DNA of 35,120 nt from a virus. Taxonomy: Duplodnaviria; Caudoviricetes. The translations under genes were made by a program, and so were the position numbers. Below the pieces are notes generated by a model. The model saw only the letters and a list, made by a program, of their open reading frames with translations. It was not told the DNA's origin and searched no databases. This document shows, in pieces, positions 26,158-34,239 of this stretch. Location: IMG/VR virus record IMGVR_UViG_3300037697_000031, positions 1-35,120 of that record; one strand, 5' to 3'. Within the stretch, counting starts at the first letter, position 1, and each line of letters starts with the position of its first letter.

Positions 26158-26502
26158 ATGTCTCAGTCGTTTGTCCCGCAGCCGGCAGCAGAGCTGCCGA
26201 TCAATGTGATGCAGTACCTGAAAGAGGTCTGCCAGAGCCCTTTGGACACGTACCGCGCGGCGCTGGAGGCATGTCTGGCCTACCACATCCAGAAGAGGTT
26301 TAGAGAGTCTGTGCAGACCGCGACCCTGCCCAGCAAGAGGGATGTGGCCTACATCTCCGGGGAGATCGATGGGCTATGCATCGCCCTGCGGATGCTGGGT
26401 GGCTATGGCAATACGACGTTCAACCTGTCATGGGCCCTAGACGACACCCGCCCGACCATCGACTGGAAAAAAGTCCTGCTCACCAGCTACAACGTAGATT
26501 GA
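26158..26502 (+). CDS. hypothetical protein, paralog A
   Basis: SD AAGGGG; YRAALEACLA.H, IDG.C.A.R.L.G.G.T.F.L.WA.D.TRP..DW shared with the next ORF. Confidence 0.7.
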   Translation: MSQSFVPQPAAELPINVMQYLKEVCQSPLDTYRAALEACLAYHIQKRFRESVQTATLPSKRDVAYISGEIDGLCIALRMLGGYGNTTFNLSWALDDTRPTIDWKKVLLTSYNVD

Positions 26503-26520
26503 AATCGATTTCACTTGGGG

Positions 26521-26787
26521 ATGACCATGAACCTAGAAGAATACCGGGCGGCACTGGAAGCCTGCCTCGCACACCACATCATCGAGTACCACAAAATGAT
26601 GGAGGAGCCGTACAGTATCTCGGACACTATGCAAACCTTCTTCCTGCAACAAATCGACGGCATGTGTGTGGCAATGCGTCTGCTCCCCGGGCACGGCACC
26701 ACCGCTTTCGATTTAGCATGGGCTACGGACCCGACAAGGCCAAAGGTTGACTGGCAGGGGATCATCGATCACAACTACTGCACGTAG
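26521..26787 (+). CDS. hypothetical protein, paralog B
   Basis: Clear paralog of 26158..26502; preceded by a palindrome copy and GGGGA. Confidence 0.7.
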   Translation: MTMNLEEYRAALEACLAHHIIEYHKMMEEPYSISDTMQTFFLQQIDGMCVAMRLLPGHGTTAFDLAWATDPTRPKVDWQGIIDHNYCT

Positions 26788-26795
26788 GTACTACG

Positions 26796-27170
26796 ATGAC
26801 CCGCGACAGTTTTCTCAATCGAGACAAGACGCGAGGGACGTTCAGTCACCGCCGCGCGCCCAAACAGGAGCGACAACTGGCCGAGCGAATCGGCGGGCGG
26901 ATCACCGTGGCCAGTGGTGCCAAGCAATTCGAGAAGGGCGATGTACGCAAGACGCGTGTCGTGCGGATCGAGGCAAAGACCACAAAAAATAAGTCGTTCT
27001 CTGTCACCACTGAGATCATCCAGAAGATTGAGGATGCCGCGCTGGCGGCGGGCGAGATGCCCGCGATCGTGATCGAGTTGAACAACATGGACCCCCGCAA
27101 AAGAGTCAGTGTCGCGGTGGTCCCCCTCTACGTTCTGGACATGCTGAGCAATAACAATGACAACGAATAG
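26796..27170 (+). CDS. PD-(D/E)XK nuclease, Holliday junction resolvase-like
   Basis: KQE..LA..IGG....SGA....KGDV......IEAKTT. Confidence 0.75.
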   Translation: MTRDSFLNRDKTRGTFSHRRAPKQERQLAERIGGRITVASGAKQFEKGDVRKTRVVRIEAKTTKNKSFSVTTEIIQKIEDAALAAGEMPAIVIELNNMDPRKRVSVAVVPLYVLDMLSNNNDNE

Positions 27171-28095
27171 ACGAGTCAGGAACCCCCCGACCAGCCCGAC
27201 CTCTGGGGTATCCCGGGCAATCGCCGGGAGGGTCACCCGCGAGCGTAAGACCCCGGAAAGTCCGGGACAACTGATCGTCCCGTTGGGGGAGTCGGACCAG
27301 ATCGTCAGTACCCTGATGAGGGACACCCGCCCGATCCTAGACATGTTCCGGGAGGGTACCCACCTTCATGTGTCCGACGTGATTCACCAGTGCATGCGCA
27401 AGATTGCACTGTCCAAAAGGCTGGATATCCGCCCAGCCGGCAAGAGGCTGCGGGACTCCGAAGTGATCACCTTCCGGCAGGGGGACGCTATCCACGAGTA
27501 CGTGCGTCAGCGTTTCGTGGATAACCACTCCGACAAGGTCTATGGAAAATGGATGTGCGCCTGCAAGAAGACCGTCACGGTCCCCATGATCCACAGCCAG
27601 CTTGCGGACAAGCATGACTGCCCTAATTGCGGGGTGCGCCCCTACCGGTATGTGGAGATCGGCATACCGGATGATGAGTATGGGCTGGTCGGCAGTCCCG
27701 ACTTGTTGCTGTACCTATCCCAGTACCGCGCCTTCCATGTTACCGAGATCAAGTCGATCTCTGGCAAAGGCTTTGCAGAACTTGTCCGGGCCATGCCCGA
27801 CCACATCATTCAGGTGGTGTTCTATTGGCACTTGATGAAGCGGGCGGGCCACACCCTGACAGACAAGGTCAGCATCTTCTACGTCAATAAGGAGTGGTCG
27901 TTCAAGAATCCGTTTCAGGAATTCCTGATCGACGCGGCGGGCGCAGAGAAGCGCCTGCTACCCTACATCGAGGACTTGCAGGATCTTAACGCCTATGTCG
28001 GCGGGGATAATGACCGCTTGCCGGTCAAGACCTGTCCGAAGATCGACGCCCCGGCCGCGAAGGATTGTCCGGTCCGTGTAACCTGCTTCCAGTGA
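27157..28095 (+). CDS. Cas4-like PD-(D/E)XK exonuclease
   Basis: H.S.....C.R, G.AIH, GSPD, EIKS, Q..Y and a C-terminal C..C....C cluster; internal CAC/CPNC zinc insert. Confidence 0.8.
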   Translation: MTTNRRVRNPPTSPTSGVSRAIAGRVTRERKTPESPGQLIVPLGESDQIVSTLMRDTRPILDMFREGTHLHVSDVIHQCMRKIALSKRLDIRPAGKRLRDSEVITFRQGDAIHEYVRQRFVDNHSDKVYGKWMCACKKTVTVPMIHSQLADKHDCPNCGVRPYRYVEIGIPDDEYGLVGSPDLLLYLSQYRAFHVTEIKSISGKGFAELVRAMPDHIIQVVFYWHLMKRAGHTLTDKVSIFYVNKEWSFKNPFQEFLIDAAGAEKRLLPYIEDLQDLNAYVGGDNDRLPVKTCPKIDAPAAKDCPVRVTCFQ

Positions 28096-28616
28096 ATATC
28101 ATGCTCGCTATCGACCCATCCCTGAACGGGACCGCATACGCCTACCGAGACACGCAAGGAAAGCTGGTCACCGGGCGCATTGAGCCGAGACGTACCGGTA
28201 TCGCGCGCCTACACTATGTTAAGCAGCAGATCGCCGCAGTCGTGGAGGAGGTACGCCCGACTCACGTCGTATATGAAGGCAACGCGATGCAGGGCAAGGG
28301 CCGGGTATTCGACATTGGCGAACTGGGCGGGGTACTCAAGCTGCATCTATGGCAAGCAGGGATTACCATCCTGCTCGTATCCCCGTCCAGCTTGAAGATG
28401 TTCATTACAGGCAAGGGCAACGCAGACAAGGATGTAATGATGGCGGCCGCAGCGGTATTGGCGGGGCGCCCTTTCCGTAATGACGACGAGGCGGACGCCT
28501 TTGGATTACTGTTGATGGGGGAGGCGTACTGCGATCGTAGACTACTACCTCGAACACGGGGTAACCATCAACAATCCGCCATGAAGGGAGTCGAGGTAAT
28601 TGTAGGCAAGCCGTAA
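28092..28616 (+). CDS. ruvC: RuvC-like Holliday junction resolvase
   Basis: LAIDPSL..T, VYEG, ELGGV, P..LK.FITGKGNADK, DDEADA. Confidence 0.85.
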   Translation: MNIMLAIDPSLNGTAYAYRDTQGKLVTGRIEPRRTGIARLHYVKQQIAAVVEEVRPTHVVYEGNAMQGKGRVFDIGELGGVLKLHLWQAGITILLVSPSSLKMFITGKGNADKDVMMAAAAVLAGRPFRNDDEADAFGLLLMGEAYCDRRLLPRTRGNHQQSAMKGVEVIVGKP

Positions 28617-28642
28617 CGCGGGGCGGCAAACGTAAGCTGACG

Positions 28643-28671
28643 TTGCAATCGATTTCATTTAGGCGTAAGAT
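28643..28671 (+). promoter_or_regulatory. sigma70-type promoter overlapped by a palindrome copy
   Basis: TTGCAA (28643-28648), 17-bp spacer, TAAGAT (28666-28671); TGCAATCGATTTCA covers the -35 and part of the spacer. Confidence 0.65.
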
Positions 28672-28752
28672 GTAGTTGCTCCAGTAACAAACGAACAGCC
28701 GGCGGATAACGGACGCCGCTATTAAATTTCTTTCCAATGGAAGGGTCGAATC

Positions 28753-29991
28753 ATGGCACACGAATACCAAGTTGGCGATAATGTTAAGTTCCTCGGCTAT
28801 GCCGAAGATGTCAAGGAAGAGGATCGCATCCTCACCGAAGGTGAAATCTACGCGGTCGAAGAACTGGGGGAAGATGAGGACGCCGTTGCCGTCCGCGCAC
28901 CGAACCCGGCCTACGACCCGAAGAAGCGCGCCAGCAAGAACAACCCGGAAACCGTCCTCGTCGACGTGTTCTCCGAGGAGATCGAAGCTGCCGGTGACGA
29001 AGATGGCGAAGATGGCGACGATGACCTCGTTGAAGTCGTCGAAGAAGCCCCCGCCCCGGCCGCTCGCCGTCGCGCCGCCAAGGCCGATGCGGAAGAGGCA
29101 GCCCCGGCCAAGGCCGTGAAGGCGCCCGCCAAGGCGACCGCCAAGGCCGCCCCCGCCAAGGCCGCTGCAGCCAAGGCCAAGCCTGCCAAGGGCGAGACCA
29201 AGGTGAAGGCCAAGGCCGCGAAGCCGGCGAAGGCGGCGAAGCCGGTCAAGGAAGAAGTAGATGAGGATGCTCTTCCGGATCTGGTGGACGAAGATGCGGA
29301 AATCGTCGCGCTCGTCGATGGCGCCGACGTTCTGGAACTCGCGACCGAGCTGGTCGAGGAAGAGAACGCACTGGCCTACAAGCTGGGCGGGGTTCTCTAT
29401 CACGTCCGCAAGGAAAAGCTGCACCAGACGGTCGACGCCCGCTACGCCGAAAAGGGCGGCTTCGGACTCTACGTCAAGGAGCAACTGAACGTCGAGTACC
29501 GCAAGGCCATGTACCTGATCGACATCTATGTCGCCTTCAACACGTTCGGCATCAGCGGCGACAAGGTCGCAGAGATCGGCTGGGCTAAGGCGAGCAAGAT
29601 CGCCGGGGTCATGACGGAAGAGACCGCCGACGAACTGCTCCAACTGGCCGAGACCTCCACGGTTGTCGACCTGACCGAGACCATCAAGACCTCCTACAAG
29701 GAAGTGGGCGGCACGAAGGGCGAACGGAAGAAGATGGTGACCTTCAAGTTCCGTCTGTTCGAGGATCAGGCCGAAGGCGTCAAGAACGTTCTGGAAGCGA
29801 CGCAGGGCGCCATGGGCTTCAAGAAGCTGGATGACGCGTTCGAGCACATCATCATGGAATGGGCCGCCGAGCATCCGGTGGAAGTCAAGGAACCGGCAGT
29901 CGAGAAGGCATCGCGCCGTACCGCAGCTACGGCAGCCGCCACCCCGGCCCGTCGCGCTGTTGGCAAGGGTCGCGCCACCGCGACTGCCTAA
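28753..29991 (+). CDS. abundant acidic / histone H1-like (PAKA-repeat) protein, probably DNA-binding
   Basis: Acidic N-domain, AKAPAKATAKAAPAKA linker, helical C-domain; strongly biased codon usage; own promoter and terminator. Confidence 0.75.
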   Translation: MAHEYQVGDNVKFLGYAEDVKEEDRILTEGEIYAVEELGEDEDAVAVRAPNPAYDPKKRASKNNPETVLVDVFSEEIEAAGDEDGEDGDDDLVEVVEEAPAPAARRRAAKADAEEAAPAKAVKAPAKATAKAAPAKAAAAKAKPAKGETKVKAKAAKPAKAAKPVKEEVDEDALPDLVDEDAEIVALVDGADVLELATELVEEENALAYKLGGVLYHVRKEKLHQTVDARYAEKGGFGLYVKEQLNVEYRKAMYLIDIYVAFNTFGISGDKVAEIGWAKASKIAGVMTEETADELLQLAETSTVVDLTETIKTSYKEVGGTKGERKKMVTFKFRLFEDQAEGVKNVLEATQGAMGFKKLDDAFEHIIMEWAAEHPVEVKEPAVEKASRRTAATAAATPARRAVGKGRATATA

Positions 29992-30012
29992 TCGGTAGCA
30001 CGTAGTAACATC

Positions 30013-30048
30013 GGGGCGCATCCTTCACGGGGTGCGCCCTTTTTTTTT
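30013..30048 (+). terminator. rho-independent terminator
   Basis: GGGCGCATCC stem pairing with GGGTGCGCCC, followed by T9. Confidence 0.88.
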
Positions 30049-30063
30049 GCCTAGGAGAATGTT

Positions 30064-30831
30064 GTGGCCAGAGCCCCGAAAGTGTCATCACCCGCCCGCA
30101 GATCGCGAGCCCCCGCCGCTCCGGCGCCTACGGATAACCGCAATGCCCGTGTCGAGTTGTTCTACATGGACGTTCATGAGATTGTCCCCTACCAGCGTAA
30201 CCCGCGTGACAACGCGGAAGCGGTAGCCTCAGTCGCCGCAAGTATTAAGGAGTTCGGCTTTCGTATCCCGATCGTGGTCGACAACGACAACGTAATCGTT
30301 TGCGGCCACACTCGCGTCGAAGCGGCCAAGTCCCTAGGGCTCTCGGAAATCCCCGCCACCCGGGCGGACGGCCTTTCGCAGAAGCAGATTGACGCCTTCC
30401 GCCTGATCGACAACAAGGTCAGCGAGCTTGCTCGATGGGACTTCGACCTGTTGGCCGGGGAGATCCAAGCACTCTCTGATTCAGGCATCAACATGACGGA
30501 GTTCGGTTGGACCCGAGAGGAGCTGGATTGTCTTTCTGACGTTGTTGCGGCAGACTGCCTCTCTACTGACGGGCTCATCTCCCTAGAGGATCGGGAGCGG
30601 AACCAGCGTACCGAGCGCCGCGCCCCGAGCACCGCACGTTTCGTGCTTGGTGAGCTGGTATTCTTCATCCCGGCTGCTGACTATCGTCAATGGGTAGATG
30701 CCTTGCGCGGTCTGCACGATTTCCGGGAGGAGGACATCATTGCCGACTTGAAGCAGCGACTCGGTATCGTGGAGCAGACCGTACAGGCTGCCGAGCGGGT
30801 TCGCACCAGACGCACCCGTGCCGCCGCGTAG
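30064..30831 (+). CDS. ParB/Srx N-terminal domain protein
   Basis: PYQRNPR.N..AV..VA.SIKEFGF..PIVVD....IVCGHTR..AA..LG, DNK..ELA.WD. Confidence 0.88.
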   Translation: MARAPKVSSPARRSRAPAAPAPTDNRNARVELFYMDVHEIVPYQRNPRDNAEAVASVAASIKEFGFRIPIVVDNDNVIVCGHTRVEAAKSLGLSEIPATRADGLSQKQIDAFRLIDNKVSELARWDFDLLAGEIQALSDSGINMTEFGWTREELDCLSDVVAADCLSTDGLISLEDRERNQRTERRAPSTARFVLGELVFFIPAADYRQWVDALRGLHDFREEDIIADLKQRLGIVEQTVQAAERVRTRRTRAAA

Positions 30832-31012
30832 ATGGCTGCTTCGCGTCGTCGCTCCGCACTTCGTTGCGGGGGCGGTATGGGAGAAGCAGCACGGAATATG
30901 GGTGTGCGTAGATACGGCGCCCATCCTCTACTGGATGCGTAAGCAGTCGTCAGAAGCCGCGCGGAGCTACCTACTCCGGAAAGCATGGTCTTCTCGGTGG
31001 ATCAGGATTTGA
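30818..31012 (+). CDS. conserved small phage protein
   Basis: LLRVVAPHFVAG...APIL.WM pattern. Confidence 0.6.
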   Translation: MPPRRWLLRVVAPHFVAGAVWEKQHGIWVCVDTAPILYWMRKQSSEAARSYLLRKAWSSRWIRI

Positions 31013-31038
31013 AATCAATTTCATAAAGGAGTTTTCCG

Positions 31039-31272
31039 ATGTTGCTCCACGAACACGAGAGTAACGGCGATCCGGTTATACTGCTACTGGCGGAGATGGA
31101 TGCGCTGGCGGAGGCGGTATGCGATGGGGACCGATGCGGCTGGCTCGCCTTCCACCCGGGCGAGGAGCTAAACAACTTCAATCGCGCGCACCAGATAATG
31201 AACAATCTGAACAAACGATGGGACGCGCTACGGGTCGACCTACAGCATCGTGCCAGCAAAGGTACCCTATGA
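31039..31272 (+). CDS. hypothetical protein
   Basis: SD AAAGGAG after a palindrome copy; ATGA coupling to the next gene. Confidence 0.55.
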   Translation: MLLHEHESNGDPVILLLAEMDALAEAVCDGDRCGWLAFHPGEELNNFNRAHQIMNNLNKRWDALRVDLQHRASKGTL

Positions 31273-32765
31273 CAGTCAAGAACACTCCGGTGTCAGCGCT
31301 ACACGCTGACCCTTCGAACCCCAGAAAACCTGATCAGGCCCGCATGGCGTTGCTGCGCCTGAGCCTGCAGAAGTTGGGGTTCATCCAGCCGATCTTCGCG
31401 CGGGCGGATGGGATGCTACTCTCGGGCCACCAGCGTACGACGGCCTCACAAAGCCTGAACTTCTCCGAGGTACCCGCGATCTTTGTTGATATCCCTGAGA
31501 AGGACCAGAAGGGCTTCAACATCATTGCCAATCGTGCAACGAATGACTTCTCCGCTTTCGATACCGGTAAGGGATCTACCGCCCAGCTTCACTACGCCGA
31601 CGTGATCGAAGCGGCCGAGAAGCTGCCCGACTTTGAGGGCGAGAACTGGTACGCACTACGTGCCAAGCGCACAGCGTTGCGGACCATCGGCCGAGACATC
31701 GCATCCAAGTACGACAAGAAAGCTGTCGAGATGGCAAAGAGCCTGTCGCGCCTCGGCATCGAAATGCCGGTGGTCATGTCGGAGAGTGGGCAAGTCGTCA
31801 ACGGTGTGTATCGTTTGCTGGCGGCCAAGGAAGAGGGCAAGACGCATTGGTCAGTCATCACCATCCCGGACGAACTCGCGGTGGTGGCTACCCATTTCCT
31901 CAACTATCTGTCAATGGACTATGATGTCGATAAGGAGTTCTCCGACATCCTGCGGTATTCGGCATTTCGTCGTCCGCAGAACAACCGGGGCGCAGTTCCG
32001 AAGGCTTACCGTTTTTGGGCCAACGGTTGCCGGACCCTTCCTGATAAGGACTCCTACACCGTCGATTACTGGCGGAATTTCCGGGACTTGCACGGCCAGC
32101 ACGGGATCATCGACTTCGGGGCGGGTCTCGGCAAGGTAGCCCCCTTCCTGCGGGACAAGGGGATGCAATGTATCGATTTTGAACCGTATCGAATCGACAT
32201 GGAGAAAGACAAGGGCAAGGTCTGTCCCGACTTGTCCAAGCGCGAAGCCCGGAGGTTTCTGGATGAGGTGGCAGACGGACGCAAGTTTTCTTCGATCTTT
32301 CTGGCGTCAGTCCTCAACTCCATACCCTTCCCCAAGGACCGGATGTGCGTCCTCGCTATTGTCCATGCGCTCTCGGACAGGGACACTGTGGTGTATGGAA
32401 CCTGCCGAGACATCAGTGACTTCAACTATGAATACGGCGGGATTCGCAACGCGAACTACTTCGTGTTTGATTCCGAACCCGGCGTCAGAGTCGGGGATGT
32501 GCTGAGAAACCCGAAGATTCAGAAGTTCGAGACACCTGAGACGGCCAAGGCGATGTTTTCCCGGTTGTGGAATGGCTTCGAGACGTGGCCGGGCGGTAAT
32601 GTGTTTTTTTATAAAGCCAGTAACCCAAAAGGGGCCAATATGGTGGTGCTCAAGCAGGCACTAGAGTTTGAGTTTGAGTTACCGTATAGCGACAACTCTA
32701 CAATGGGTCTGTCGAAGCATGCGCTCAAGTGCTTTGAGGAACGTTTGGGTAGGAAATTCCCGTGA
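31269..32765 (+). CDS. tandem ParB-like domains fused to a class I SAM-dependent (DNA) methyltransferase-like domain
   Basis: ParB1 NPRK...LSGHQR; ParB2 MPVV...VVNGVYRL.AA; motif I IIDFGAG; D-F-E-P acidic loop; motif IV-like SVLNSIP. Confidence 0.8.
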   Translation: MTVKNTPVSALHADPSNPRKPDQARMALLRLSLQKLGFIQPIFARADGMLLSGHQRTTASQSLNFSEVPAIFVDIPEKDQKGFNIIANRATNDFSAFDTGKGSTAQLHYADVIEAAEKLPDFEGENWYALRAKRTALRTIGRDIASKYDKKAVEMAKSLSRLGIEMPVVMSESGQVVNGVYRLLAAKEEGKTHWSVITIPDELAVVATHFLNYLSMDYDVDKEFSDILRYSAFRRPQNNRGAVPKAYRFWANGCRTLPDKDSYTVDYWRNFRDLHGQHGIIDFGAGLGKVAPFLRDKGMQCIDFEPYRIDMEKDKGKVCPDLSKREARRFLDEVADGRKFSSIFLASVLNSIPFPKDRMCVLAIVHALSDRDTVVYGTCRDISDFNYEYGGIRNANYFVFDSEPGVRVGDVLRNPKIQKFETPETAKAMFSRLWNGFETWPGGNVFFYKASNPKGANMVVLKQALEFEFELPYSDNSTMGLSKHALKCFEERLGRKFP

Positions 32766-33418
32766 GCGTCTACCTCTCCATGATCGGGGAACGGTACGGC
32801 CGTGTAGTCGTCCTTGAGGTAGGGGAGATAGACGGCCCACGCACTAAGGTACGAATACGGTGTGACTGTGGTACCGACAAGGAAGTGTATGCTTGCAACT
32901 TGCGGGCAGGACATACTCAGTCTTGTGGCTGCCTACATAAAGAACGGACATCAGCCGCCCGCCTTACGCACGGACATACCCCTGTAGGTACAGACGGCAA
33001 GCAGCGGATGTCAAAGGAGTACAAGGCATGGTCACACATGATCCAACGCTGTTACAATCAGAACGATGAAAGATACCCCGCGTATGGTGGGCGGGGAATA
33101 ACGGTATGTGACAGATGGCGGCACGATTTTTCTCTATTCTACGCAGACGTAGGAGCCGCCCCCTCGCCGTCACACTCTCTCGACCGTCGTAGGGTGAATG
33201 GGGACTACGAACCAAGTAATTGCAGGTGGGCAACACCGCAGCAGCAGGCCGAGAACAGGCAGGACACGGTAAGGTTACGCTTCAGGTACCGTATGCAACC
33301 CTTGACGCGGCTGGCCCGGCGCTTCGGTATCCCGGTTGAGGTCTTGAGAGTGAGGGTAGCTAGGCTAGGGTGGAGTGTAGAGCGGGCGCTGACAACGTCC
33401 GTCAGACGAGGAGAGTAA
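32762..33418 (+). mobile_element. free-standing HNH homing endonuclease
   Basis: G.RYGR..V, CDCG, L..G.T.SCGC, W..M.QRC, YGGRGI.VC.RW, SLDR..NG.Y...NCRWAT. Confidence 0.9.
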
Positions 33419-33439
33419 CCGTGATACCCGCGTAGCGGA

Positions 33440-33469
33440 TTGCCTCCCCCTGTACCGGGGACGTAGAAT
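33440..33469 (+). promoter_or_regulatory. putative sigma70 promoter for the cmoA-like gene
   Basis: TTGCCT, 18-bp spacer, TAGAAT. Confidence 0.45.
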
Positions 33470-33496
33470 GCCCTCCTATCCCTTGGAGGAAACAAT

Positions 33497-34234
33497 ATGT
33501 CTCTGGTACAGGAACGAGGCAACGATCCGGTGCACTTCCCGAAGCGCCGGGACGTGTTCCAGTTTGATGAAGAGATCGCCGCCATCTTCCCCAACATGGC
33601 GGTGAGGTCGATCCCGATGTATGCAGAAGTACATCGGCTCCACGCCGCGCTGCTCCATCGTATCTTCCATGATCGATGTGCGTTGGACGTTCTGGATGTA
33701 GGGGCGAGCCGAGGTCACTTCCTGCGGGAAATTTGCAAACGATTTCAATCCGCCTTCATGACTGGGTGGCTGAAATGTTTTGCCATGGATAACTCCCGCC
33801 CGATGCTTGAACTGATCCGTGCGGACATGCCCACCGTCCATACGATCGAGGCGGATGTCACCACGCTGCCCGATCTGGGCCGACGCTTCGACGTGATCAG
33901 CTTGCTGTACGTCCTGCAGTTCATCCCGGAAAACCACAAGGTAGCTGTGCTGCAGTGGGCCTACGACTCCCTGAGACCGGGCGGCGCTCTGCTACTCGGC
34001 CAGAAGGAGAACGCGCCGGAAGGCCACAACTACATGAACGAGGAGTACATCCAGTTTCGTGTGGATAACGGCTACACCCGTGAAGAGATCGAGGCTAAGA
34101 CCAAGGCACTTCAGGGGTCAATGTGGTGCATGGGCCGGGGCGAACTACATGCAGCCCTCAATGACGTGGGGTTCGTAGAAATCACAGACACCAGCCGGTG
34201 GCTGATGTTCTCCACTATACTTTGCAGGAAGTGA
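33497..34234 (+). CDS. cmoA: CmoA-like SAM-dependent enzyme (carboxy-SAM synthase family)
   Basis: F.FDEEIA.IFPNM..RSIP.Y, LDVGASRG, DNS..ML, YVLQF, L.PGG.L...K, F...NGY...EI..K mirror CmoA. Confidence 0.75.
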   Translation: MSLVQERGNDPVHFPKRRDVFQFDEEIAAIFPNMAVRSIPMYAEVHRLHAALLHRIFHDRCALDVLDVGASRGHFLREICKRFQSAFMTGWLKCFAMDNSRPMLELIRADMPTVHTIEADVTTLPDLGRRFDVISLLYVLQFIPENHKVAVLQWAYDSLRPGGALLLGQKENAPEGHNYMNEEYIQFRVDNGYTREEIEAKTKALQGSMWCMGRGELHAALNDVGFVEITDTSRWLMFSTILCRK

Positions 34235-34239
34235 ACATC

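Larger units (their letters stand above)
1297..33747. repeat. dispersed 14-bp palindrome TGAAATCGATTTCA (about 15 copies)
   Basis: Exact at 1297, 2143, 12431, 26132, 26500; one mismatch at 7086, 9672, 10271, 16325, 18734, 28644, 31010; two mismatches at 4003, 20577, 33734. Confidence 0.9.

Noticed and set aside
26158-26787. Diversity-generating retroelement TR/VR pair
   Set aside because: Differences between the paralogs are not adenine-specific and no reverse transcriptase is present.
28405-30021. 538-aa minus-strand ORF
   Set aside because: Antisense shadow of the highly codon-biased 28753 gene; no SD or recognisable motifs.
31119-31268. Longer start for the ParB-methyltransferase
   Set aside because: It overlaps the 31039 ORF; ATGA coupling at 31269 and the ParB domain boundary favour the later start.
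1297-33747. Palindrome copies as a CRISPR array or REP/transposon ends
   Set aside because: Only 14 bp, irregularly dispersed over kilobases, with no spacer periodicity and no cas operon or transposase. The Cas4-like gene is a typical solo phage exonuclease.
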